A stretch of DNA of 64,000 nucleotides, taken from Octopus sinensis (Eukaryota). The DNA lies in assembly GCF_006345805.1 (NCBI RefSeq), contig NC_043003.1:39432001-39496000 (forward strand). Reading direction: 5' to 3'. This document shows, piece after piece, positions 13,195 to 25,010 of the stretch. The position numbers were made by a program, and so were the translations under genes. The notes under the pieces were generated by a model. That model made no database searches, was not told the DNA's origin, and saw only the letters and a list, made by a program, of their open reading frames with translations. How positions within the stretch are numbered: the stretch's first letter is position 1; every line of letters begins with the position of its first letter.

Positions 13195-16100
13195 TATATA
13201 TATATATATATGGGTACAGGACACCTTGTATATATATATAGTGCGATTTTTGTTTTGGCGGATGGCACGGGGCCCAAGCCTTGGATGTACCTTAAAGGTG
13301 ATGCCAACAAAACCAAAAAAGAGAACAATTAAAAACCCTTCCCTACATCTCTACACACAACCACTCAACAATGAGGCCTTCAACACACCATACTACAAAG
13401 CACAGCCCTACTAAAGGAGACCCAAAGATGAACCGGATCCTCGAAACACACACCATCATTAAAAGTAAACGGCAACCAAAATCCTTGAAAAGGTTTTAAC
13501 CCAAGCTACACTGCACTCAACATCAACCACAAAACCAGCAGTTAGAAAATGTGGAAGGCCAACTGCGGAATCTGTGTCATCTTGAAAGAAGGATCAGAAT
13601 TTATACTGGAACAAGGCCACCAGTTCACCATTAGAACAAACTTCACCTGCGCATCAGAAAACTTATTTACGTCATAACATGCGCAGGCTGCAATAGGCAG
13701 TATATAGGCCATAAAAAAATAGCTTACGTAACAGGATGGCGGTGCATAAATCACAAATTAGAACCCTGATTACCGCAAAATACCGGTCAGCGGACACATA
13801 GATAGATGTGCTGGAAATGTAAATCCGAAATTTACAACTAACCCGCTCTATAAATTCAGTGACAACGCAACCTTCACACAACGCCAAAATAAAGAACTAT
13901 ATTTCATAAAAAATTTAGACCAAGTTTAAACACCCTGGGCCAGGAATACTAAAACAAAAGATAAGTCCTCCGAAAAGGAGAACCAAATTTCACCACGGCC
14001 GCTACTTCAAACAGACACTCACTCTGACGGAAATATGCCTTAGTAAAAAAGGAAAAAAATTCTTTCGTGCAAATCTGACCCTGATACATACGATACAGCT
14101 AAGGGTCAGACCCGATTCTGATTGGTCAACAAGTTGATGACGTCTAGCTCTGCTAGAATGGACAGGATACAAACAGGGGACAGTCATTAGTCAGAATATT
14201 GATGACGTCCTTTTCTGCTTGAATAGTCACCTAACAAGTACAGACAGGGGGCAGATCTAATGTAGCTATAAGTCGTGATTGGGCAGAATCTGGATGACGT
14301 CCCGCTATGCTTGACTAACGAAGCGACTGGTCAAGACAGGAAACAACAAGAGGGAGTTATAATGCAGCGATTGGTCAAAATAATGATGACGTCCCGTTCC
14401 ACTTGGTTAAAGCCACCTAACGAAACGATTGGTCAAAACATTGATGACGTCACGCTACGCTAGATTGACCACCTAACAGGCATTATAAAACCGAGCATTT
14501 CACAAAAAACCTCACTAGAACCACCCAGCGAACTTCCACCATGGGTCATCACAATTGCTTAAGGTAAAAATGAATTCCTCGCTCTTTCGGAAACATCAAT
14601 CTTCTGTATTGACCGCTTTCCACCACTTTGATCTGTTTTTTGTATTGAATACGTATCGCCACCGTGGGCCACTGCATCGAACACTTTGAACATATACTTC
14701 AAACTATATATCAACTATACATGAACTATATATCAACTATACATGAACTCTAAGATGTCTGACTCCGTTGTGTATTATAAATGAATTTCTTGTGTTTGAC
14801 GGCATGAGCTGTCTCTTTTATATATAACTTTTTTGATAAGGTTCATTTCAGGAACTGAAACATGTTATAATGTATATTAAAAAAATTAAAAATTGTATAA
14901 TACAGCAGCATTTTCGAACTTCATTTTTTACAAATATATATATATATATATATATACATGCATATATATCATATGTAATACACATATACAAATACACGTG
15001 TGTGTGTGTGTGTGTGTGTGTGTGCAGACAGTCGGCCAGACAGACAGATAGATTGATATATTTATATGTATGTATATGTATATATACATTCATATCTAAT
15101 GCTTCATTTCCCTTTCTGTTTCTTTGTAGATGATTTCACTTACAAAACGAATGACATTGACTGTAAGAAAGTATTTTCGGGTGATGAAAAGGAAATAAAA
15201 CGATGCTTAAAATTTGACAAAAAATACGAGGCGATTACATTAAAGACTTACATGAATTGGACTCTTAACTGTGAAAAATTCCGACAGGAACGTCATTACG
15301 ACAAATACATCGTGAGCGTGGCTGAGGAAGGATTTCCCATCGCCTACTCAATTGTGTTTCACAAAGACTTGGAACAATTGGAAAGGTTACTCCGTAGTAT
15401 CTATCGCCGACACAATGTCTATTGCTTGCATGTGGACAAGAAAGCCAATAAGGAATTCATGTTAGCGGTTAAGGCTCTTGCAAACTGTTTCGATAATGTA
15501 TTTATAGCATCTAAACTAGAGACTATTGTTTATGCTTCAATGAGTCGACTTCAGGCTGACTTTAACTGCCTGCAGGATTTGTTGAAAACCAAAACGCGAT
15601 GGAAATATCTTATCAATCTTTGTGGTCAAAGTTTCCCGTTAAAAACTAATTCCGAAATAGTCAAAATCCTGAAGATATATAATGGTTCTAATGATATAGA
15701 AGGATTGACAAATGGAAAAGCATTACTGAGTCGTTCCAAATTCAAATACAAGATAATCAAAAAGAACAAAACACGGGATGAACTTATATTGGTCAAAACG
15801 AAAATACGTCAGCCAGATCCACCTCATAAAATCCGTCTAGTTAAAGGTAGCGCATATGGAGTGTTTTCCAGGGATTTCGTGCACTATGTGAGCACGAGCA
15901 ATATATCCAAGAATTTTCAGAAATGGGTCGCCGATGTGTACAGTCCTGATGAGTTCTTCTGGTCAACATTACATCATGCTGCTTTCAACCCGCATCTTAA
16001 TGTTCCTGGATCCTACAGTGGTAAGACATGCTGTTTACTTTTGATGAAAATTATTGCGAATCCTTACCGTTTTATCATTATTTAGATTTATGTATGTAGT

Positions 16101-18308
16101 AGCATCCTATGTCTGTTTACAGTTGATATACCTATATTTAAAGGCTAGAAGTACCCAACTGGAAGCAGTTTCATAAATATTAGATATTGTGTAAATGTGT
16201 GTGACTTAATGAGATACTGCGGGATAGTACACCCGGGGCTTTATTTTGCCTCACAGATAAGTAGCATCGATTGTAATTGATGATAAATTCAAACATCTGT
16301 AGGTAGGTGTATGTATGAATGAGAAGGAACGTAATTTTAGTGGGTTGCAGTTTAGAAGAATGAATGGAGGATGTGTTTACCGCGAATTATAAAAGGTTAG
16401 AATAGTAAGTCTGATGAGAAGAGAAACTGATATGTGTATCGATGTGGTTTTTTATTTAGGCTTTTTGGAAGGCTCAGTGACTGCTCAAGGCTTAACAATA
16501 GATCCTAGTCTTTGAGAAGACACAAACTGGGCCAAGAAAAGTATTAAAAACATTAGAATATATTCAATACTAGCAATTGATATGTGCATTCTATTTTAAG
16601 AGATCACAACCTAGTGCAAAAACAGGAAAGAGAAAACAAACAGAAAGGGCTGCTAAGCCTAAACGAGGTTGTGTTGGCGAACACGAAGAAACAAGCTTGG
16701 ACAGGGGACAGACAAGAATACGTCTTCCTTGTCCAGCTGCAACAGGAAGAAAGTATGAAACAGAAGTTAAAAGAAAAAGAAAAATGTCCGATGGTCACGT
16801 AGGAGCAACGTGAGCAAAGGAGGAAGAGTGATGAAGAGATAGTGACAGACAGAGAACTGTAAAGGGGAGAGGTAAAAATTTGGAGATAAAATAAGAGAGA
16901 AAAAGAGAGGGAGAATGGAAGATAAACGAATAAGAGGTAGAAAGAGAGAAACGAAAGAGTAAAAGGATAGAATAGTGGGAGAAAAGGAGGTAAAAGAATA
17001 AGAGAAACAAACGGAGAAAACGAATGAGTAAGAGGATTGAATAGTGGGAGAAGAGGCAAAAGAATAAGAGAAAGGAAGAGAGAAAAACGAAAGAGTAATA
17101 GGAAGAATAGAGAGTGGGTGGAAGGGGGAGAGCAGGAATTCTTCGCTTGCATATTTTGAATTTGTTGGCACTGTTAGTTTGAACGGTTCTTCTGAGGTGA
17201 AAAGTCGCCAAAAGGGTATGCTCCTACTTTCAGTGTTTCCAAATCCGAATTAAGAAATTTTGGGCTGACGAAAGAAATGTCGAATTGTATTTGGCTGATC
17301 TAGAAACGTACGTTCTCAAATAATCTTTGCATTTGTGATTTTTTAATGTTTTTACCCCCATACCTTCGTGGGTTATTTTGAGTAAACACTATCTGAGAGA
17401 AATTTTCTTTAAGTATTAGAAATGGCTAAAAAATCTTTTTTTGGCTGCTATTTCTAATGAGTTCAGTATGTGGCAAAGTAATTTATTTTACTAAGCCCTT
17501 TTATACAATGTAATATATAGATATATATATATAGATATATATACGACGGGCTTCTTTCAGTTTCCGTCTACCAAATCCATTCACAAGACTTTGGTTGGCC
17601 CGAGGCTATAGTAGAAGACACTTGCCCAAGGTGCCACGCAGACTGGACCCAGAACTATGTGGTTCGTAAGCAAGCTACTTACCAAACAGCCACTACTACC
17701 CCTATGTATATATATATGGCCAGATAACTGAAGAGATGGTGTTGTTGATTTCCACTTCGGCATCCGAGACTCAGAGTTTTATCTTGGCTATTGAATAATT
17801 GTCACATATTAATTTACAGATATGTATATATACTCTTTTACTTGTTTCAGTCATTTGACTGCGGCCATGCTGGAGCACCGCCTTTAGTCGAGCAAATCGA
17901 CCCCGGGACTTATTCTTTGTAAGCCCAGTACTTATTCTATCGGTCTCTTTTGCCGAATCGCTAAATGACGGAGACGTAAACACACCAGCATCAGTTGTCA
18001 AGCAATGCTAGGGGGACAAACACAGACACACAAACACATACATATATATATATACATATATACGACAGGCTTCTTTCAGTTTCCGTCTACCAAATCCACT
18101 CACAAGGCATTGGTCGGCCCGGGGCTATAGCAGAAGACACTTGCCCAAGATGCCACGCAGTGGGACTGAACCCGGAACCATGTGGCTGGTTAGCAAGCTA
18201 CTTACCACACAGCCACTCCTGCGCCTATAAATATATATCACGTGATCGACCAGACCATCAGATGTTTACCCCAGTGTGACTTTGATGGCATGAACTGCTC
18301 TCTCACTC

Positions 18309-18369
<61 letters not shown>

Positions 18370-18560
18370 TAAAGAGTATAGAGACTTGTTTATCCGCAAA
18401 ATTTATTTTACAGTTTTATACAACATATAATGACCTGTACGTGTTCCCACTAGTCAGGCTACTTGCGATTGCAGATACAACCTGGCACTATTATTGGTGC
18501 AGCTTATTCAGGATCCTTCCGTCTGGTCAGTCTCGAAGTATGTATGTATGTATGTATGTA

Positions 18561-18609
<49 letters not shown>

Positions 18610-21600
18610 ATCACGTGACCGACCAGGCCATCAGATGTTGCTACACATCGCTGGTCACAATGCGTTCGCATTGTTTTAGCCTTCGAATGACGCCACCCCG
18701 CTGGCTAAGCGAGCAGGCCAACAGAAGAAAGAGTGAGAGGAAGAGTGGTGAAAGAGTACGCAGAGTAGATGAAACTATGGCGACTGAAGAAGGGGAATTT
18801 TCCTTGTGTTATTTGTCCTGTACTCTTTTTTTTTTGTTTAAGAAAAATGTCCAGTTCCTTGGTTTTGTGTTTATGTTTTCGTTTCTTGTTGTGTTCGACA
18901 TTTTTTTTGTGTCCTGTACCCATATATGCGTGTATATATACATGTAGAGGTAGGTACGTACATATATGTATATATATATATATACAAATTCCAGTTGGGA
19001 CACAATTTTGTCTTAAAAATAACTTCATCTGCGCATCAAAGAATTTACTTTATGCCATAAGGTGTGAAGGGTTCCACAAAGATTACATAGGGCAAACGAG
19101 CATTACCCTCAGAGAAAGGATAACAGTCCACCGCCAACAATTGAGGGATCCCACCACAAGACAGATACCACTTGGTGGGCACTTAGATCTCTGTGCACAA
19201 AACACGTCCCCCAAATTCCTAGTTTTCCCACTATATCAATGCTCGGACAACATCACTGACCAAACACAAATAAATAATCTTATTCAAAAATACAGACCAC
19301 TACTCAATATACTCTAATATACCCCCCAGGTACACACCCAAAACAAACACATACAGATGTACAAAATCACACACACACAAATATAAGGCAAACCTCCGAC
19401 GCATACACACGTATATACATATACACACACGCACAAACACATATGCCCACACTAGAGCACAACCCACACACATCCCAAGATAAAGCACGTACATATATAC
19501 ACTTGTAATACGATTCACACACACACATACACATATACGTAAATACATACATGTACACACCTACACTCACCACCCCGAAAATTACAAATCACATTCACAC
19601 AAAACACACACACATATATATATATATATGCATATGTTTTATTTATTAATATATATATATATACAAATTCCAGTTGGGACACAATTTTGTCTTAAAAATA
19701 ACTTCATCTGCGCATCAAAGAATTTACTTTATGCCATAAGGTGTGAAGGGTTCCACAAAGATTACATAGGGCAAACGAGCATTACCCTCAGAGAAAGGAT
19801 AACAGTCCACCGCCAACAATTGAGGGATCCCACCACAAGACAGATACCACTTGGTGGGCACTTAGATCTCTGTGCACAAAACACGTCCCCCAAATTCCTA
19901 GTTTTCCCACTATATCAATGCTCGGACAACATCACTGACCAAACACAAATAAATAATCTTATTCAAAAATACAGACCACTACTCAATATACTCTAATATA
20001 CCCCCCAGGTACACACCCAAAACAAACACATACAGATGTACAAAATCACACACACACAAATATAAGGCAAACCTCCGACGCATACACACGTATATACATA
20101 TACACACACGCACAAACACAATATGCCCACACTAGAGCACAAACCCACACACATCCCAAGATAAAGCACGTACATATATACACTTGTAATACGATTCACA
20201 CACACACATACACATATACGTAAATACATACATGTACACACCTACACTCACCACCCCGAAAATTACAAATCACATTCACACAAACACACCCACACATACA
20301 GATACACACACAAACACGCGAATACAACACAACCCACACAAACACACACGCATACATGCACACATATCTACACACACACAGTCTCAAAAGAAAACACACA
20401 CACATATACACACAATACAATCCCAACAATCACAACAAACACTCACAAACACACATACACACAAGCATGCACACACAATGGCACACCTCCATGACAAATA
20501 CAAGACACAGAGACACACTCACACAAACACACTCACAGATATACACACACACTGCACTAACAATACAAACAAATCACTCACAAATACGGAACACACACGT
20601 GCACGCACACACACATACACAAACGCATACTCAGTACCAACATACACAAAACGCACATGCACACACATTCATACCACCAGGATAAACCCAAGACACACGG
20701 ACACACACAGAACCCCTGATAAATACAACACACTCACACACACATACACATCCACACATGCCCACACACACATTTACACCCTCATGCACACGTACGGTTG
20801 CTCACACACATACACACTACAAGGACAATTAAAACAACACAAACATACTCAGGCAGAGGCACACACGCACTCACGTACACACACATAACATTCCCGCCAA
20901 CACAAAACACACAAACATACACACGCACGCACACAGACGCACACATACATATGCACCCTCACACATACATACGGCTATTCACACACACTCCTACGCCTAT
21001 GTTACTTATATGTTAATTACCATTTCTATACAGTATTCTTTAATTCATATCCACATGATTTACCGATCTATTAGATTGTCTTTTTCTGGGTTTGTGTACT
21101 TGTCTGTTAGCGAAATTATATGTATAAAGTACACATGCGTGTAAGAGAGACTCTAAGAGAAAAAGGGTATGTGAGAGAGAGCAGTAAATGGCTGTAGATG
21201 GCTATTTTAATTAAATCGTATCTCAGTAGAGTGCACTGGATTTTTAATGAGCCGGACGGTTATTCGCAACATCGGTGAATATTTTATTCACTTTTCCCTA
21301 TTTCAGAGACGAAGAACTCATGTTCGAACATGTGGCTAGCTGCGATTGCGCACCAATGAAAAGATCCCAAAAGGCTGAAATGAATTTGGCGGTCTCACCG
21401 GCTGTTGCTAGGACGAATTTTGGTCTCTCACTGGTATTTATTGTGTTTTTGATACAGCAAGACCATATGAGATTTTATCTCAGGACAAATACTGAAATAA
21501 CTGGTATATCAACAGTCAGTATTAAGTATAATACATATATGGCGCTCTCTCTCTCTCTCTCTCGTGTACGCGCACGCGCACGTGACGTGTATTTATGTAT

Positions 21601-21911
21601 GCAGGTGTGTATCAACATGAATTTATATCTCTCTTTCAGGACATCCTGAATCCAAATTATGGCTTGCTTCTTACTCGGCTTGGAAAGGTGTTGATCGTTG
21701 CTATGGTAAATGGGTACGTGGTGTGTGCGTATTTTCATCAAAAGATCTCCCGAATATTTTCAAGAAGAACCACCTCTTTGCTAATAAATTTTACCTCCAT
21801 TTTAACCCAACAGCTATTGAATGTTTGGAAGAAATACTGCATAATCGAACAGTAACACAAGCCGCATTCAATGATACTTTTTACAGACACTTGAAGTTTA
21901 TTAACTCTTAA
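7877..21911 (+). CDS. Spliced CDS join(7877..8030,15130..16020,21640..21911): GT14 core-2/I-branching beta-1,6-N-acetylglucosaminyltransferase (GCNT-like), 438 aa, type II membrane protein
   Basis: Exon lengths 154+891+272=1317 nt give an open frame with phase-1 GT-AG junctions. Family motifs: FPIAYSIVFHKD, YCLHVDKK, WKYLINLCGQSFPLKTN, KGSAY, YSPDEFFW (catalytic Glu motif), CYGKWVRGVCVF, LFANKF. The specific GCNT paralogue cannot be assigned by eye. Confidence 0.9.
8340..8700 (+). mobile_element. RTE-like LINE ORF2 fragment (pre-RT region)
   Basis: ARQYVRENRDVVAEVCARMDNGMLVLSDSDKKEAWKSCYTRLLNVENE; decayed. Confidence 0.55.
9560..10200 (-). mobile_element. L1/Tx1-like ORF1 (gag-like) remnant with CCHC zinc knuckle
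   Basis: EELVLPDETRLRIVVEGTLPICFLCGVRGHMKAKC (C-x2-C-x4-H-x4-C), followed by FTVVKR and a K/E-rich low-complexity tail. Confidence 0.6.
10630..11365 (-). mobile_element. CR1-like LINE 3' fragment
   Basis: RDLEVIVHNNLSWSFHVNSKVDLARKMC… on the - strand; (ATCAAAGTT)n-like tail at about 10632-10652. Confidence 0.75.
11579..11810 (+). mobile_element. Third SINE family (GGCGGTGAGCTGGCAGAAACGTTAGC head)
   Basis: B-box-like GAGTTCAAATTCC; copies at 46460-46680 (-), 57400-57630, 60555-60790, 27690-27880 (-), 28005-28420, 39010-39170 (-), 41590-41775 (-), 51430-51640. Confidence 0.8.
12222..13045 (-). mobile_element. CR1-like LINE 3' fragment with (ATCAAAGT)n tail
   Basis: NNIRDLGVIVDNNISWATHINTKVDMARRM and DRLEKLKLYSLQRRRERYIICMMWKI; 8-mer tail at 12225-12247. 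Confidence 0.85.
13310..14870 (+). mobile_element. Decayed Penelope-like element: RT-EN linker, GIY-YIG endonuclease, 3' region with degenerate hammerhead
   Basis: LPYISTHN…IIKSKRQPKSLK…KCGRPNCGIC…TNFTCASEN…IPVSGHIDRCAG…FIKKFRPSLN with stops and frameshifts; TTGATAA-GGTTC/GAACT-GAAACATGT at 14833-14866. Confidence 0.7.
14121..14452 (+). promoter_or_regulatory. Array of five ATTGG(CCAAT box)-N12-TGACGTC(CRE-like) modules
   Basis: ATTGG (ATTAG in one copy) at 14121, 14186, 14278, 14370, 14428, each followed after exactly 12 nt by TGACGTC. Function is inferred only. Confidence 0.5.
15130..16020 (+). CDS. GCNT-like exon 2 (catalytic domain)
   Basis: Acceptor tttctttgtag|AT and donor AGTG|gtaaga; lies within the 339-aa ORF that carries the GT14 motifs. 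Confidence 0.95.
17259..17320 (+). ncRNA. Minimal type-I hammerhead ribozyme motif in GCNT intron 2
   Basis: Stem I tttggg/ctcaaa, CTGACGA 17265-71, stem II aga/tct (closing A-A mismatch), GAAA 17303-06, palindromic stem III ACGTACGT, GUU triplet. Confidence 0.6.
18985..19317 (+). mobile_element. Penelope-like GIY-YIG endonuclease C-terminal fragment, copy 1
   Basis: NFICASKNLLYAIRCEGFHKDYIGQTSITLRERITVHRQQ…GHLDLCA…NNLIQKYRPLLN*. Confidence 0.85.
19320..21000 (+). repeat. Long cryptic (CA)-rich microsatellite tract (interrupted by GIY-YIG copy 2)
   Basis: Degenerate CA/CACAT repeats; source of the spurious HT-rich ORFs. Confidence 0.9.
19664..19996 (+). mobile_element. Penelope-like GIY-YIG fragment, copy 2 (679-bp tandem duplicate)
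   Basis: Same translation as copy 1; the downstream CA-rich tail is also duplicated. Confidence 0.85.
21640..21911 (+). CDS. GCNT-like exon 3 (C-terminus, stop TAA)
   Basis: Acceptor ctctctttcag|GA; encodes HPESKLWLASYSAWKGVDRCYGKWVRGVCVFSSKDLP...LFANKF...ECLEE. AATAAA at about 22201. Confidence 0.93.
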
Positions 21912-22339
21912 AATTACACCTCAGAAAATTTCGACATGGCTTTAGTTTACGAACCGAAGAAAAGTCGGAAAAGTGAACGGTTCTAAAATCTGGTAACGGC
22001 CGCTGTGCCTTGTTTATTAATTACCCTTATATTTTATTCGGTTTTGTCCAGTTTTGATGTAAATATTGAAATAATGTTATAAGGGATCTTTTCTGCTTGG
22101 CTGTGAAGGTCAATTTCTGGTAAAATTGATTTCCTATTCAGTGTGATGATACACATTTATAGGCTAATCAATGCCATGAAAATCATTTTCGCCATACATC
22201 AATAAATAAAAAGTTATTAGCTATTAAAGTTTGAAAAATTTGGGTAGTTTTTTGCCAATCGTAAGCCAGACACATTCATACTCGTTTCCATAATAACAAG
22301 CCGAACATGAGAACTCTTTTGTCTGCGAAAAAGCACATG

Positions 22340-23110
22340 TTGACAAATATATTGAAACCGCTTGTTGACGGTGGGTTCTGTTGTTTCACCCACCTGGAAA
22401 TTTAACCGATCTGCTTGATTTGGGTGTTATACCCAAAAGAAAGAAGCATTTTATGAGTACAAGAAAACGTGGTTGGAATATGTATTGACGATGTTAGCGC
22501 CAAAGATGCATGGAGTCTGTGTCAGTGAGGAAAGACACATGGCTTTGAAAGTAGCACCCTTCCTCTTAGGACTGTAGTGCTTTTCCTTTACTCATGTCTG
22601 GTTTTGTGTTGAAGAACTGAGGGTGAACCATTGCTCAGCTGCTGATTATAACAGCTATGTTCAGGAAGTACGTGCAGAGGACCTGGGTAGATTGTTGAGA
22701 TCGGTGAAACAGTCTTCTCATGACGTAAGTACAATTGAGGAAGAGTGCTATCCGAGCAGTGGTTTTTAGGAGGAGGGTGTTGCGAGACCAGACAGGTTTT
22801 TCTTTATATGGTGCCATGTCGGAATCGTGACACACTGGAAGAATGCATACGTCATTCGATTCTTTCAGGAACCACAATTTCCAGTGATTTGTGGAGGGCG
22901 TACTCTCACATTCCTGAAATTGATGGTTAAAATTTTAAGCATAGAACGGTGAACTACAGCGTTAGGTTTGTTAACTCGAAAGATGATACTCACACACAAG
23001 TGGCGAGTACATGGGCCTCTGTAAAACGAGGTAATAAACGACGCTGAGGCACTCCCATTTCTATGGTTGATTCATAGTTCTGTGAATGTATGTAGCGCAG
23101 GAGATATGAA
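22340..23110 (+). pseudogene. Merlin (IS1595/ISXO2-like) DDE transposase relic
   Basis: VRKDTW…, IVEIGETVFS*RKYN*GRVLSEQWFLGG, RNRDTLEECIRHSILSGTTISSDLWRAYSH, HRTVNYS…FV…HTQ…STWASVKR; stops and frameshifts. Confidence 0.8.
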
Positions 23111-23398
23111 AATTGTAATTTGTTCGAGAAATTGCTTGAATGCATTTCTAACTTTTGTCTTCAATGAACTAGTCAACATAATGCTTGTTTTTTTTTACTA
23201 TTTAATTTATAATGTACTGTTTATCGCATTAAATGCATATTGGATGCTTAAAACTACAAAAGACGTGTTGTTTACTCATTTTCCACGTGTAGAATACAAA
23301 TATTGACATTCATTCATTCATTTGGTTCTCATTGTGCTTTGTGGTACTTGAGGTGACAGTAAGATTATTCCACCTTCCAACACTGAGAGCATCCACTG

Positions 23399-23882
23399 TA
23401 AGCTTTGAACAGGGGAGGTCATCTGCTTCCCCTTGCTGGTCTGGCATCTACAGACTAGTTTCGGGGTATTTGCCCCTTATCAATGTAGAGCAGCTGAACC
23501 AAGCAGGTGTTGCTACTGACCTTCTGTTTGAAGGATTATTTATCTAAAATCAGTGGAATACATCCACTGGTTTTCAAAAATAGAAATATTAACATTTCTA
23601 AGTCTCTCCCAAGGAGACTACGGCAGCAGTACTGGATATCAATAGTTATTAATACTGGATATTAATAGTTACCGCCAAGCAAACATGGCTAATATTTCCA
23701 TTTTCGAAAACCAGTGGATGTATTCCACTGAATTTAGGTAAATAATCCTTCAAACAGAAGGTCAGTAGTGATGCCTGCTTGGTTCGGCTGCTCTACATTG
23801 GTAAAGGGCAATTACCCTGAGACTAGTCTGTAGATGCCAGATCAGCAAGGAGAAGCGGATGACCTCCCCTGTTCAAAGGTTA
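23399..23882. mobile_element. MITE with about 195-bp TIRs
   Basis: 23403-23595 is an imperfect reverse complement of about 23690-23878 (ctttgaacaggggaggtcatc… / …gatgacctcccctgttcaaag). Confidence 0.8.
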
Positions 23883-24317
23883 TAATGGACACAGGTTCAT
23901 GTGTCACATAGCTAGCTAGATGCAATAGCCTCTTGGAGCTAATCAACAGCAGCATTTGTCCTATTTTTCTGGACTGCCATGTTAGCTTGGCGATAACTAT
24001 TAATATCATTAAATATTATTTATAATATCCATAGACCCTATGGTAGCCCATTAATTCAACATGCATACATCTACAGACACTTTTTGCATTAGTTTACAAA
24101 ACATATGTAGCAATGCATAAATAAAAATATAGAATTCCCATCCATGAAGTATTTCTCATTATTAATATATTTATCCTGCACTACATGGAGCACCACATAC
24201 ATAACAATCCCTTACAGTTAACTTGGCATGTTGGGAATAATATACAGTAGCTAGCAACAAGTAGCATAAGAGTTTTTATAATCGCACTGATAGACATCTG
24301 CCATATACAAAATACAA

Positions 24318-24357
<40 letters not shown>

Positions 24358-24394
24358 TATACACATATATATATATATACATATATATATATCA

Positions 24395-24715
24395 CCTGTG
24401 TCGGTGGCACATAAAAACACCATCCGAGCGTGGCCGTCTGCCAGCCTCGTCTGGCACCTGTGTCGGTGGCACATAAAAACACCATCCGAGCGTGGCCGTT
24501 CGCCAGCCTCGTCTGGCACCTGTGTCGGTGGCACATAAAATCACCCACTACACTCTCGGAGTGGTTGGCGTTAGGAAGGGCATCCAGCTGTAGAAACACT
24601 GCCAGATCTGACTGGCCTGGTGCAGCCTTCGGGCTCCCCAGACCCCAGTTGAACCGTCCAACCCATGCTAGCATGGAAAACGGACGCTAAATGATGATGA
24701 TGATGATGATGATAT
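24395..24715 (+). mobile_element. RTE-LINE 3' UTR copy ending in (GAT)n
   Basis: Same sequence as the 3' UTR attached to the RTE ORF at 34490-35640; other copies at 31305-32145 and 50510-50870 (-). Confidence 0.75.
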
Positions 24716-24895
24716 ATATAGTTCACAGATGAGATCCACGTATTCTCCATACTACGTAGTGCTCAAAAGATTCAGACTCTGATGTTTTTACACATTTCAT
24801 CATTTCAGTTTTGAACTTTTCTAGTTTGCCACATTTAATCATTCATTCTTTGAAATTCTCTACATTAATTAAGATCTGAAATGTAAAACCTTCTC

Positions 24896-25010
24896 TATCC
24901 TGACGATGGGGGTTCGTCTTATCCTATGTTAAATGCATCTATATAGCTACATGAACTAAATCTACCAACATTATTATGGATCAAAAAGCCCCCAGAAACA
25001 GCTGTTGGAC
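24896..25010 (+). ncRNA. Hammerhead ribozyme motif with long stem-II loop
   Basis: CTGACGA 24900-06, stem II TGGGGG(24907-12)/CCCCCA(24989-94), GAAA 24995-98, palindromic ACAGCTGT, GUU triplet; stem I weak. Confidence 0.55.

Noticed and set aside
16411-16430. CTGATGAgaagaGAAAC
   Set aside because: No stem II or stem III pairing; chance match.
16577-17211. Overlapping ORFs in a GA-rich tract
   Set aside because: Low-complexity purine-rich sequence with no domain.
7877-21911. GCNT nested inside a dynein intron
   Set aside because: The dynein CDS ends at 28880; the genes are convergent, not nested.
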